From Polymyxa betae A26-41 (lineage: Eukaryota; Protista; Endomyxa: Phytomyxea): a stretch of DNA of 64,000 bases. Below are positions 41,301 through 54,219 of this stretch, piece by piece. Each line of letters begins with the position of its first letter. The stretch's first letter is position 1. A program made the translations under genes and the position numbers. The DNA is taken from assembly GCA_003693705.1 (NCBI GenBank), contig RBZT01000546.1:186001-250000 (forward strand), in the 5' to 3' direction. A model generated the notes under the pieces. The model had not been told where the DNA came from, searched no databases, and saw only the letters and a program-made list of their open reading frames with translations.

Positions 41301-44300
41301 TTTCAAAGACACAACATTAGCTGTTCCCGAATCATTTGCGCTTCCCGCATGCCTTGGAGCCATTTCGGTGTTGGAATCACCGAGAGCGTAGGACACCCGA
41401 ATTCCGAAAACACAGCGCTGATCAGCCCAAATGCAAATTTCAGAAATACGTGCGTCCATAGAGCTGGATATAGTTTGCTCGAGGAAAAGACCATCATCAA
41501 ATGCTGCAATATTTACTCGCCCTTGATCAGAGGCACCAAGTGCCCTGGAGTAGTGAACATCGCCAAAGAACCTTTAATGAGGTAAGATTGATACGATCAA
41601 TTTGACTTGACGACGTACCTTAAAGTGGCTCCTTTCTCATCAACGCACTCGGGATCGTGTAACTCACGCCTTCGTTTTTCTAAGGCAAGGGCTCTGGGCT
41701 CTAGATTACTGGTCATGTTGATAAGTCCATCAGCCAATGGCTCAGACACAGAGAGTGCCTTTTTGCCTATCAGTTGCCCATATCCTGCTTCAATAAACAA
41801 GGCCACGAATTCGGGGTTTTCAAATAAACTTAAAAGCACTTTAAGTGCCTGGCGCTGAATCTGCATGAAAATCTGCCGAGCAGTTTGGAATCGGCAAATG
41901 TGTTTCGTAACAGTAGCTGATAAAAATTTCCCAAGTATCTTGATTAATTCGGCAGGATTTTTGACATGCGAAAGCGACAGTTCAACGTTGGAACGGGCTG
42001 TAAGCTGAGCGAGCTCGGAAACAGTAGCATCCTCTCCGTTATCCAAATTAATTACGAAGACAGATCCCTTATTCTGCTCCCGAATCATCCGTGTTACTGT
42101 GCCTTCTAACGACTGGCTATCGGTAGATTCATAGACAACACGGGCTCCCTGCCGTACAGACTCGATGTTTCCTCCAAGAACAGACAAAGCCGACACAGCG
42201 CGTCGGACGCTGGTGCAGAATTCCGAGGGAACAAGAGGAGAATTCCAGTCTAAATCTTTTGCACGTTGCATGCGCATAGATTGACAAAGCGAATCGAGCT
42301 CAGCAGGAAGAGAGGACAAATTTTGCAAACCGCTCCATAAGACTTCATTGAAAAGACTCTTCCATAACGTTGACCGAATCAGAACGCGAGACAGTGATAC
42401 GTATTCGGATCCAATAGCATCACTCTCAATGCTCCAGGGTACAAAACGTAGTTGTTGTACAGTTGGCTTGTCTCCAACCCAGGCATAGTAACCGTCAGGA
42501 CATTTTTGCAGAAACTTGGACGGATCGAAGATAAATCGAATACATTCACCAGCAGACATAGAGATTGCAGGAAATGCAGCCATGCTCCCATTTGCTTTAA
42601 GATTGTTGAAGGCCACACCAAGATCAGTTCCACAAAGTGTGTAACGAAGCTCCCCATCATCCATATTCAACAGGACTCCAACGACATCGCCTACTTTCCA
42701 AGGCACAGGTCCTCCATAAGAGGAACAGCCATCATGCCACTTTTTTCCACGCATCCCATCATAGGCCCATGAAAACTTGTCGTCACCAACACCATCACCA
42801 GCGCCAACAGGAGCAAATTCCGCTTTAACAAATCCAATTTGTTGTAATCCAGCTGTCTCAAGGACTGCCTCGAAATACCACTTTCCAGAGGTAACCGATA
42901 CGTCAGCAACTGCAGTAGCGAAACCAGTGGCAGCCTTCAAACGATGCCATCCATCAATGTCGATTGTCCCTCGTTTCACGGAGAATGACAGTGATGTAGG
43001 TCCTGATCTCGCACCACATCGTTGCTTATAGTGCAACAAAGAAGCCTCGATGGCGGCTTTACGGTTGATCGCCTCGGTTTCTTCAGCTTGACTGTGTTCG
43101 GATCCGCCATCACAATTGTTGCTTCCAGAACGAGGAGGCAAGTGGAAACTTGCTCCAGCTGCTCTGTCGAGAAATTCTACGATCAGACTGGATTTCTTAG
43201 AGAGAGCTGATATGCCTGGAACAGTGGTGGTATTGTCTGAAAATTCAGATGGCAATTCTGATCCCGAAATTAATCGATCATCACTCGGAGATATTCCTGG
43301 AAGGATATAACGGCATATTCGCACAGCTAGAAGTTTGCCCACAGGAGATCCGTGAGCGGCTACATCTAGAATGATTTTAATCCAGGATCTGGAAGAAAGA
43401 ATTCTTTGAACAGCAGGAAACTGACAGCTACGAAGCAGTAGCCAAAGATACTGATTGAAGAACGCATCGAACTCACCAACGACAGGAGGCTCTTTACGAA
43501 TTAAAGGACGACCTCGAAGACCAACATCATCAAAATGATTTTTGTACCAATACACAGAAGCGTCACCAAGATTCGCTTCCCGTATGCGGATTTGCCATGA
43601 CGATCGATCGACTTCAACAACTCGATGATCTTCCTCGGTTGGAGTTGGTTGCAACATGGTAACCTTGGACTGGTACCCAGTCATTGAAACTGCTGCATAA
43701 ACGGGACCCGTAAGATTGTCAAAAGCGATGCCTTGGGAAGCCCCATTCTTCATAAACTCAATAGTGCCAGCATCAAAATCCAGCTGAACTCCAATTGTGT
43801 CACCAGCAGTGTATGACGCACCATAAGGTCTGTTTGTAGAAGAATTGTAGTTCTTGTGACCAAGACCGCCGATATAGCCCCAACCTCCTTGCGAGCCGAT
43901 CCAAGTACTGGCATTATTGATCATGAAGCGATGAGGAACCACCCCAACAATGAATTTCCATGAATTACTTCCATTGCCGTCATAATCAATTCGGAACTCG
44001 ATCAGGTGTCGATCTGACGAGTAAGTTTGAACTCCCTTAACGGTATGCCACGATTCAGTGTTGTTTGTGTGCATCACTGTAACAGGCTTGTCAGAGTTAG
44101 GGCCACTAAACTCGATCTCTCTGGTATCACGCGTGTCCCAATAATCAGGTGACATTTCCGATTGCCTGTCAGGGTGCTGTTTCTTCGAAGAAATGTATTC
44201 CGCGTCGCCGTCCAGAATACCATAGATTTCAAATCCAGATAGTGCTAAGTACCAATGCTCGTTAGAATTCAAACCAGTCATGTATATCCGGAAATGAGAA

Positions 44301-47300
44301 TAGGATTCTGTAATATTCGGAATGTCCCATGTGTGTGTAGCTCCCCTCGTATTCAAAGAGCGGTCATTGCTATGGGAACGCAGTGTGACCCAGTTATGTC
44401 CATCATTGGAGCCTTCAAGATTCCAGAAACGCAACGCTTCAGTGTCCCAAGAAGAATAATGCCTCAGCGTGTAATGCGTTGGAATAATTGAATGCTCCAA
44501 AAAGTCAATTACAAACCATTGGTTGGGACTGGGCTGGGAAACACATCGAACAGCAGTACGGCCAACAACAGCAGAAATAGGATTGGAATCGCTTTGCTGA
44601 GATGATGATGTAACAGAGACGACACCTAAATCATGGGGATTGCGCCAAGCTTCAGTACCGCCACACGTTCCAAAAAAGTATAAGATGCCTTTCGTATCAA
44701 AATCCGATTCATAAACGAACTCTTGCCCTTTGTGCTCAAATTCTTCTGGCTGGACGTCTTCTTTGGCTAACTTTTCATTATCCGGGAATGTCAGCATACA
44801 GATTTCGCATTCGAAAGTAGGGCGATCATTAAAAAATGTGCAACGGCGGCAGTACCAATTTGACGGGTGTGCACTGGCAGAATCGATTTGCATAGAATCT
44901 TGTTCATTGGGATTCACTGAAAGGGTATCGGATTGCAACTGCTTATGTTGCCTCATCTTCCAAACCAAAGACATTTGGTTCAAAGTGGCATGAAAGATCT
45001 CATCCAGACACTCGAATGATGGAGTAGGCAGACTGGAGGCTGCATAAGCAAGCATTCTGACTAGTGACCATGCTGCAAAACGAATATTCCATGGACATGA
45101 TCTCAGCTCTCCATTCAACCGAAGATCCTTACACACCTCTTGATCAGCTAGTATGGCACGATTGCTGCCAGGGAAAGCAACAAAAGGCGTCAAATAACGA
45201 GTGATGCCGATCCGATGAAGTAGCTGCAAATCATGAGGGCCGAATTCGATATTACAAAGATCAATTAGGTGTAGTTTAGAGACATCGTCTAAATTCCCTC
45301 GAGCAATTAAGGAGCCAGCAATATCGAAATATGTTTCCGATAAATAGTCAGTGATGACAGGACCAACAGTGGGAATGCTCGAAGTGAAGTGTCTCTTGAT
45401 AATTTTGGAGGATTTGTTCCCTGGCTCGGGTGATTGTCGAAAAGCACCATTGAAGTGAAGCAACAGCTCTGGCAAAAGACCATCAGATTTGACTGATTTC
45501 ACTAAAACAGAAAAGTAGTGCAATCCAATCAAGCGCATAACAGCGCGAGAGCGTTGAATGATCAAACCATCCATTGTAGCTTCCAAATCGACATGACGAG
45601 CAACAATAAACTTGATAACAGAGCGGATCAGAACAGATTCCGGATCTTGCTTAACAGATGCTAAACGGGTTCTAACTAACATTAGCTCTTTTAACCTTCG
45701 AAGAGCTTTCATTGTGTTCTTCAGCAACTTGGTCATCACTTTGGACTGACTCCATTTGTTTGTTTTCTGCATCATTAACATCGGACCAGTAAGCTCAGTG
45801 ATCGAGTTAGATCTAGAAACACTCAATGAGCTAAAGCCCGAGTCGCATTCAACTGTGGCATTTCTGTCGATGTGATCAAGCTGACTGGCAGATACATGAC
45901 CTTCATCGCCTGATGTTAAAGCAACTAATGAAGCTGCAGCTTGTATGACAGGGCCATCTTCTATGTTCATTCCTTTGAGGCCTGCGGACGAGGCAGAATG
46001 AGTGCCGGACGCATCAGAGTCGCCAGTTAATTTTGGCTCGGATTCAAAGATAAATCCAGAATCGGCACGAATGGGCAATAAGAAATTGACACGATTCTTG
46101 ATGACAGTCAAGCATTGTTCTATATCTTCACCTTGGGCTTTTAAAGAACGTAATTCCAGCTTCATTTCTTGAGCCTTTTTCCACAATCGTAATATGCTTT
46201 CAGGCGCTTTACTATTATCCCCCTCGGAAACTGTAGTCATAGCTAGATTGACACGATGCGTAAGCTTTAGAAGGACGGCAAACACTCCTGCAACGGCTTT
46301 ATTTGCGTGGTCTAGGATGGAGCGTTGAACGATGTGACGATCTGGCATCAAACGATTGAGCTTTGACAGCAGTATCTGCCCGTTGCCGGTGTCATTAATA
46401 ATGTTCTGAAGAAATGCCATTTCGTGAGATTGCGGTTCCAGCGAGGATGGCGAAGATTCAGCGCCCAAATGGGTATCACTATTTAACACCGCAGGGAACA
46501 ACTGAGAGATATTGATATCCACTTCCAAGAGAGAAGGGAGAAGACATGGAAATAATGGATGCGTTGGCTCAACACCGGATTTAAAAAGAACCAAGACAGA
46601 TCCCTGTAATTCCTTTTCTGCAACTGAGGCTGGCGGTCCAGAAATTAGTGAGGACCCCATCTTTCCACATAACCAGGAAATGTTCTGGGTAAAGTCGCCA
46701 AGCCATGACAAAGGGGTGACAATGACAGTGCCCAACACTGTTAAACGGTAACCCCATCCAGTGCCACTTCCTCCAGAATGAAAGTAAACCACGACAGTGT
46801 CTCCATTGACAACAATAGATTCAGCAGGCCAGTTACTGCCATCTGCAGGACCGTAAAGGCATTCAGTAATAGGATCTCTCTTGTTTGGAGACTTGTAAAG
46901 CTGAACGTAATCCTCTTCTGACTGTGTGCTGCATTTGGCTATATCAAATGTGACAATTAAAGACTGAGCATCTTTGATCGTGATGATTTCTTCACGATCA
47001 ACGTTATTCCGATACGGATGACGGCTTTGAACAGTGCGCTTCTTGTCAACAGACATCTCGTCTTCGGGTTGGTTAATCTCACGAACCAACGACCAAAGGC
47101 CATCGCACTTCAGGAGAAATTGAGACACAAAAGGAAGTAATTTTAAGGCCATATCAGATCCGTCAACCTGCTCTGTAAATACGCTGAGAGCGGCAATTAA
47201 AGGCCTCGTTAATTTGCAGATGAGCGATTCTCGCAGAATGTCTTCTCCAACACGACGCAATCCTTCAGAGGTTTGGTCTTTGTCAATTATATCATAAGCG

Positions 47301-49758
47301 AATGTGATAACGCCCAAAGATGCATCGATTAGGTTCCTGGAGTACTCCCAAACGACGTTCAATACTGCATTGCTGATGCGAGCCTTTTCCGGATCGTGTG
47401 AAGTTCCATCGTCTTCATGAGGGCCACCATCGACGTGAGCTTGCAAAGAGCCGGGTAGGGATGATGCACCGTCTGTTGCTGCGGCGCCTGTTGACGAACC
47501 CAGAGCTGCTGGCGCCGAAGCCTCACTACTGATAGCATTATTCGGTACTATGCCAGCTGCTACATCATTGTCGTATACTAAATCCGATGACCGTGATGAA
47601 GCCGAGACATTTGCAGCCGCTCGATCCTCTTCGGTAGAATTGGAATTGTTGTCCGCAGCTAAACTTGACAAACGAGATGTGTCCCCGGGATGAGAGCCTT
47701 CGGAACCATCAAAAGAAAGATTTAGGTATGACCCAGCCCTCGAAAGCAGATGTTTCTGGAAACTCTGTAATATCAGCAAAATATTCGACTCATGGTGGGT
47801 TTTGCCTGGAGATTTTAAAGCCGACTCAACTTCATGAACACTTGCAGAGATGAGACTTTTCAGAACTTCCATAACAACTCGACTAGAATTTGCAGGAGGA
47901 TCTTGTGTGCAAGCTTGCTCGAGTTCATCAAGCAGCAGAGATCCTGAACTGAAGGATGAAAATCGAGATAGTAATAGTTCAAAAAGATCCTGCTCTGGAC
48001 TAGAGAGCGCCTGGCTTCTGCCATTGCCAGCAGAATTAAACTTGTCAATAAGTCTTCCCAGATACACGACTTGGTCGGAGACAGAGGAATAGAAAAATTC
48101 GAAGGCTTCAGCTAGAATTTGGGCGGCTTCTGATTGCACAGCTTCAGAAACAGCCAGTGCTGTATTGCTGACCAGACTATTTGGCCTCGGAGCCGACGGT
48201 GTCTCCAAGAACTTGAAGATCTGCTTACGAATACGATTAACTGCAGATGTGGAAATATGGAACTCGTTCTGTGGAAGCTTAGCACGAACCGTTTGGTACA
48301 GATGGACTTTCAAAATCCGAAGACATGCAACAAGTATATACATATTGGAAATATACTTTGAATCTGGACAAGCGTCACATGAAAAGTATCCTGGCGATAC
48401 AATGTCAATGATGTCTGATAAAGCAGACAAAGTTTCAGGTTTGACATCAACACATAAAGGTTTGTACAGCACAGCAAGACGATTGGGATCATCATTCCAA
48501 ATGTCTTCGTCCGGTTGCCGAGCGTATGGCTGAGATAGCCGATCGATCTGAGATATGACGATAAGGGTAGCCAAACGACCATCAACAGCTTCGTCGCCCT
48601 CTAATGATTCCAAATTTTGTGCGTATCGTTGCATTATTTGGTCAGGCGTTGAGGGAAAAACGCCATTATCGTTGACTGCCTTAGATTCTTCGGATAGCTG
48701 TGAGCCATCGCCAGACTTTTTCTCGTCATCATGAGTGTAAAATGGGAACTGCATACCCGTGCTGCTTCGACGCCGAGCACTTAGTACGTTAGGTCCGACA
48801 ATGGACAAACTATGCCTTCGCTCCGCCGCTTGAATGGCTGATTTTGAATTGCTGTCAACAGACTGCAGTGAAGGTGCATTTTGTTGAGCGCGTCCATTAG
48901 GCCGATAATTAATGATATAGCGTAGTGCATCCATCACATCGCGACCTTTGCCAATCTGATCGCTAACTAGAAGAACCCTGCACAATGAGAGAAATTCGAC
49001 AAGAGATCCACGAGCAAGCGCCACATTAAACAGAACCTTGGCGGCTTTGGCCCGCCTTTCAAGTGAATGGCGATTGTCAGTAACCAGGGCTCTGATATAA
49101 TCCAAAAGCGGACTCAAACCGCTTGCAATATCTGGACTAAAATTTGGACCATCAATTAGCGTTAGAGGAGCAGTATCATCCAGAATTTCGCACAAAAGGC
49201 TCAGAATATCATCGACAACATTTGCATCAGAGTGTTGGGCAGACTTGATCAATATCAAAAACATTTTTACCGATGTTTTGATCCCAATCTTCGCGCTTGC
49301 TGGTAGCGGCGGCGCGTCAGTTTCGATCCGATTTTTTAACGCACTGGCACTGGCCTGGGTTCTATTTCGATCCCGAATAATTTCTCTCCGAATTGCATTG
49401 TGGATTTTTTTGATCGCATGAATGCGTTTGTCAATTTCTGTTGAATAAGTATTTGCTTTTCTGTCATTGCTAAGGGCAGCAATATCGTCCATCAGTTCAT
49501 GCTGAACTTTCTTGGTATGGGGACGAAATCCGAATACCGGTCCAGTGGCTTCTGCTCTGGTGGTGAACTTTCTGAACCGAATACGCTTATAATCGCGTGC
49601 ATTTCTCTTTAAGAACCCATCCTCAAAAAGCTCATCATTACAGGCGACAAGCCTATTTCTTTAAATCAGCACGAAAATGACCAAATCATTTGCAATTACC
49701 TCTCATCAACCTCGTCGTTAATGCCAACATCTTTGATGACAGTGGGGTTATTTCCCAT
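32391..49758 (-). CDS. Giant HERC-like HECT E3 ubiquitin ligase (~5,600-5,700 aa, ~9 exons)
   Basis: ORFs 41597-49492, 37881-41459, 33420-37856, 33114-33374, 32863-33129 and 32480-32866 are separated by short GT-AG intron-like gaps. HECT motifs: FKGEFSDDYGGPYR, FVGKLMGLAIR, FLRFVWGRSRLP, LPISHTCFFSLELPRY. Also RCC1 repeats, SPRY domains and the large-HERC-like N-terminal LARGSL motif. Confidence 0.92.
34430..44720 (-). repeat. Four internal protein-level repeats of a HECTD1-type discoidin/F5-8C-like domain (~44220-44720, ~40495-41005, ~34980-35485, ~34430-34940)
   Basis: Each copy carries D-x-x-GI-x-Y-x-x-G...NP...GR-x-x-VRC...WF-x-x-DF...YT-x-RHY-x-S-x-DTEALR-x-W-x-x-x-GS-x-DG-x-x-W...LSGFEIYG. 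Confidence 0.9.
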
Positions 49759-50371
49759 ATTCTAGTGGCTGTAGATTAACTAACACATAAACAGGGAAGG
49801 AGAGGTATAAATGATACAGTGACAATATTACTACCAATCGTCAATCACGGGTGGTACAAGAAAAAGATCGTACCTCTCGTCCAAGATTGATCGAGCGAAA
49901 TTCAAGTTTCGGTGGCAGATCAGCAGATCTCAACAGATAGATTGCGAATGTCAGATCGTTTAGAGATGTGACCCTGAAGAGAGATCTCTTCGATCAAAAG
50001 TGGATAGTAAGTAGGAACGTAACGCAATCAGACTGCAATCGCAGTCGCAGCCTTAGACATGCGCATCATCCCGATACCGTCCGATGATCTGGGGGTTGTG
50101 AAGACCATTTTCGGCCTGTTAAGATAAGCAGGAAAAAAGTGATGGTTCTAACGTCTCACAATCGCATCATGTCACTATCCTCTTTGAAATTCCTTTGATT
50201 GGTTTAATATGTTATCCTGTCGTCTTGCTGAACGTAATATTCGTAATACATTCTGATGGACGTTGCTTGTTAGCGTTATATGCTCGAAAAATGTGTCATG
50301 TGAATTTTACAAACATCTTTTCAAAGTAAAAGATGTCACTTTAAAAAGATCATATTGGTACTTCGCTGTCC

Positions 50372-51223
50372 ATGTCATGGATACTAGTGCTGAACGAGCA
50401 ATGGTTTGAAGATGTTGTCCAAGAGTATTTCAACCATCTCTCGATCGCGTCAAGCAGATTGCTATATGAAATAAATCAGGCCGTTCGAATTCAATCTTGG
50501 TGGAGAGGTGTGTCATGGAGACTTCATTTAAAACTGCTTAAGTAATGAACATTATTTACTGAATCTGAAAGCAAATACTGATATTCATACAGCGAAAGAG
50601 TTGTTCAGATTCAGCAATTATACAGAGGCTATCGAGGCAGACAATTGTTCAAAATTACCAAATTGGAGCACGCAGAATATTTACGAAGGCTTTGCTACGA
50701 CCATGCTGCTACTTTGATTCAGAAAATGTAAGCTATCATATTGTAATTATTTGTATGTGGTTTGAAGTTGAATCCAGCTATCGGGGCTTCTATTCGCGAA
50801 AGACCAGGTTCGACTTCTATGCTAGAAGAAGATACATAAAGACTGTACAAATCGAAGGAGATGAGTTGAATCGAAAGCTGACTGAACAGCTGGAATTGAG
50901 CAGGCAGATAACAGAAGAGAAAGAGAAAGTAGAAGCAGCCAAAGAATTCCATACAATTACTGCCAGTCTGCATCACCTTTTAAGTACAGCTGGAAGGCCA
51001 GGGATCTTCCGTTCTTCATACGGTGAAGCGTATTCAGCTAAAGCTTTCGATATTCCAGTCGAAGACCACATCAGAGATGCATTTAAGGTAACAAGCAGCT
51101 TCTGTACTTAGATTGAAACTTAATACTTCGAAGATCAAGTTCAGGAAGAGTAAGACAGGAAGAAAGCTCCTTCAGAAGAAGGAGAGGATCAACACCAAAC
51201 GAATGAATGTTGATAAGGCTTAA
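50372..51223 (+). CDS. SPATA17: IQ-motif calmodulin-binding flagellar protein, SPATA17-like, 4 exons
   Basis: AVRIQSWWRG, VQIQQLYRGYRGR, AATLIQK-YRGFYSRK-FDFYARRRYI and HHLLSTAGRPGIF. Confidence 0.85.
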
Positions 51224-52452
51224 CATGGATGCATATATAGTAGAGAGCAATAGTTGGCACGTTTTTTATGTAATTCTACGTTCGATAAAACAGTGCCAAA
51301 ATTCAATTCTAATGCTTTTAAGCAGCGAGATCTTGAACATTATCTAGGCTTTTGACTGCAAGAGAGCTTTACAAGTTAAAAAGCAATAGCCGAATTCTTC
51401 CTAGCTTAGTCTCTCCATTAAGAAATCAAGCAATTAGAATTGAATATCTGTTCGAATGACAGACTTCATATTTTCTGGCCACTGTTCGGTTAATAAACTG
51501 GATGACGAATACCTCTCGGTGGCAATAACTAAGCGATTCACTTCCGGGCACAAAATAAACGAACAGATTTTAATATGTACTGTTTGCATTAGTATCATTA
51601 TAAGAAGAAAGCAAGCCTATTGTGCATAATATCAATGAAGCAGATGGATTAAGCGGCTGCCTTCAAAATCGGGCTGCCCATTATGGAACCTTCCACTGAA
51701 TGTAGTGACGGTCTATGTCAGATGATTTGATTCATAAATTAATTATAGTTCTTATGCATGAAGGCATTTGCTTCTGATTGCAAGTGGACATTATAATTGT
51801 GACCTCCATCGGATCTGATACGAAAAAGTTCTCGCTTTCACGTGCGGCTCGCTGTTGTTCTGAGGACGCATCGCTAGCTGATAAGTGCCGATTGAAGGAA
51901 AACGAAGGATGAAAAAGCCAAAAAGACATTCATCTACCCTAATCCATATCATAACGATCACCAAAACCTGCTCATCTGATGCAGTTCAAACAAAACCCAA
52001 ACCAGTTTTGCAGCTTGGCCAATGAGAAGAAATGTGGAAGAAAGTAAGTACAGGTGGATTCCGATGCAAACGCCTTTCCTGAAAGCGCTAGTCAGCAAGA
52101 AGAGTTGGGAACTTGCGACATTTCAGAATCTGGCAGGTTGTTTTATAAGACGATAAATCTGCTCTAACTCAAACTGAAATTTAGGGGCGCTTAATCTCTG
52201 ATCCCAGAATTAGACCCAGCACAATTCAAATAACCAATGACTATAAAGATTTGCTGACGTTCTGCTTCTGGAATTGTGTTTCGTGATTGCAGCGGTTTGG
52301 ATGATAGTCACGTTGCAAATGATCGTTGATCTGTTAGAGGAATTTCAACAGACAGGATCGCATTCATATTGAGAGATGATATATAGGCGCAACCTTACTT
52401 ATGTCAATCGGATCTGACAGAAATTGTGGTCAATTACATTCATATTAATGAA

Positions 52453-54168
52453 ATGTTGGCATTGATAGTCAGCTGCTTTTTGGTTTTGCTTGGCATCTGG
52501 TTGTATAGATTCAGGACAAAGACATATGATGTGGCGTTTTTCCATCCCTTTTGGTATGGTATATGCAATCAGTTTACAATGACTAGCTCATTGTTAAGAG
52601 CAGCGCTGGAAGAGGCGGTGGAGAACGTGTACTTTGGCATTGCATTAAAACCTTACGATCGCAGTTTGGATCTTCGATTCGTATATCGATTTATTGTGCA
52701 GATGATGCAGCCAGTCGATCAACAGACGACATTATAAGTTCTGCAAAACGATGTTTTGCAATTGACCAAATAGACGATATCCATTTCGTCAAGGTAATGA
52801 ACTGCTTATTACTCTACTCACAATCTGCTAAATGCGAGTTCAAGTGTAAAACTTATCGCTTAATCGATCCTAAACTTTATCCATTCTTTACTCTGATTTT
52901 ACAAAGCCTTGGCTCCATGATCTTGGTTGGTCAAGTGAATTGATTATTCCACTGCTAATAATTACAAAGGGAATGGAATGCTTATTAAGGTATCGTCCAG
53001 GATTGTTCATCGACAGCACCGGATTTGCCTTCATTTATCCAATCGCACGATATCTATTCCGTTGTCGAGTAGCATGTTATACACATTATCCAACAATTAG
53101 TACTGATATGTTATCAAAAGTTATGGAATCTCGTCCCTCTCATAATAACAAGCCAAGGTTCATCATCAAATTCCCGGTCTTCGCTTTGCTGAGTTAACTG
53201 TTAGAGTCGCTTCCAGTCGAATATTAACTCGCATGAAGGTCTATTATTATCGGTTATTCGCTTGGCTATATAGCCAATTCGGAAAATCGGCTGAAGTTGT
53301 CATGGTAAATTCCAGGTAATTCCTTCGCTAAACGGCGTGATCGTCTCTTCAATCTATTGATAGTTGGACCCGAGATCATGTTTTATCATTATGGCAAACT
53401 GAATGCTCGATTGTGTATCCTCCATGCGAGATAGGCGAACTCTGTAAAATCCCATTGGGCAATCGGCAACCTTGGATTCTAAGTGTGGCCCAATTTCGAC
53501 CTGAGAAAGATCACATGCTTCAATTAGAGGCGTTCGCTTTAGTGCTCTCCCTCGTCAAGCAACATCGAAATCGTGTCCGGCTTGTTTTGGTGGGTGGTGT
53601 TCGAAATTCTGATGATCAGGTAGCTCGTCTGGTTGATCATTATCTGCCCTTGTTGAGTCTTTTTTTAAGAGTTTAGTTGATGAGTTAGTCAATCGAGCAA
53701 AGGAACTGGAAATCCATGAGAACATTGATTTCCATATCAATGCCAGTTATGACGAATTATACAGCCTGTATGAGAAATGTTTCATAGGACTTCATTCAGT
53801 AAGTTTTCCAATTGTAGCTGTTAACAATAACCGACTCAATTGATCAGATGTGGAATGAACATTTTGGGATTGGCGTTGTGGAATATATGGCTGCTGGTTT
53901 AGTGACAATAGCACATAATTCAGGAGGCCCTCGATCTGATATCGTAGTTCCTTTCGAAGGAAGACCTGTTGGTTATCTCGCTGATGGCACACCAGAAGCT
54001 TTCTCGGAGCAACTCGTTTCTGTATTAAATGGTTTCTTATATCGTAATGATGACCTGAATGGTTTACGAATGGATGCTCGAGCTCAATGCCAAAAGTTTT
54101 CAAATGAACGTTTCAAAGATGCATTTCTGTCAGCAATGGAACCGTTCTTTCAAATAAAGATTGGATAG
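52453..54168 (+). CDS. ALG11: GDP-Man:Man3GlcNAc2-PP-dolichol alpha-1,2-mannosyltransferase, multi-exon
   Basis: N-terminal TM segment, FFHPF...[48 protein letters not shown] and [17 protein letters not shown]. Confidence 0.95.
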
Positions 54169-54219
54169 TATGAGCAATAATATTAACTGTATGGAAGATA
54201 ATCGAGAATTCGAGTGCTA

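Noticed and set aside
33591-48585. Many 60-140 aa ORFs antisense to or frame-shifted within the giant E3 gene
   Set aside because: These are shadow ORFs of a long coding sequence with no independent motifs.
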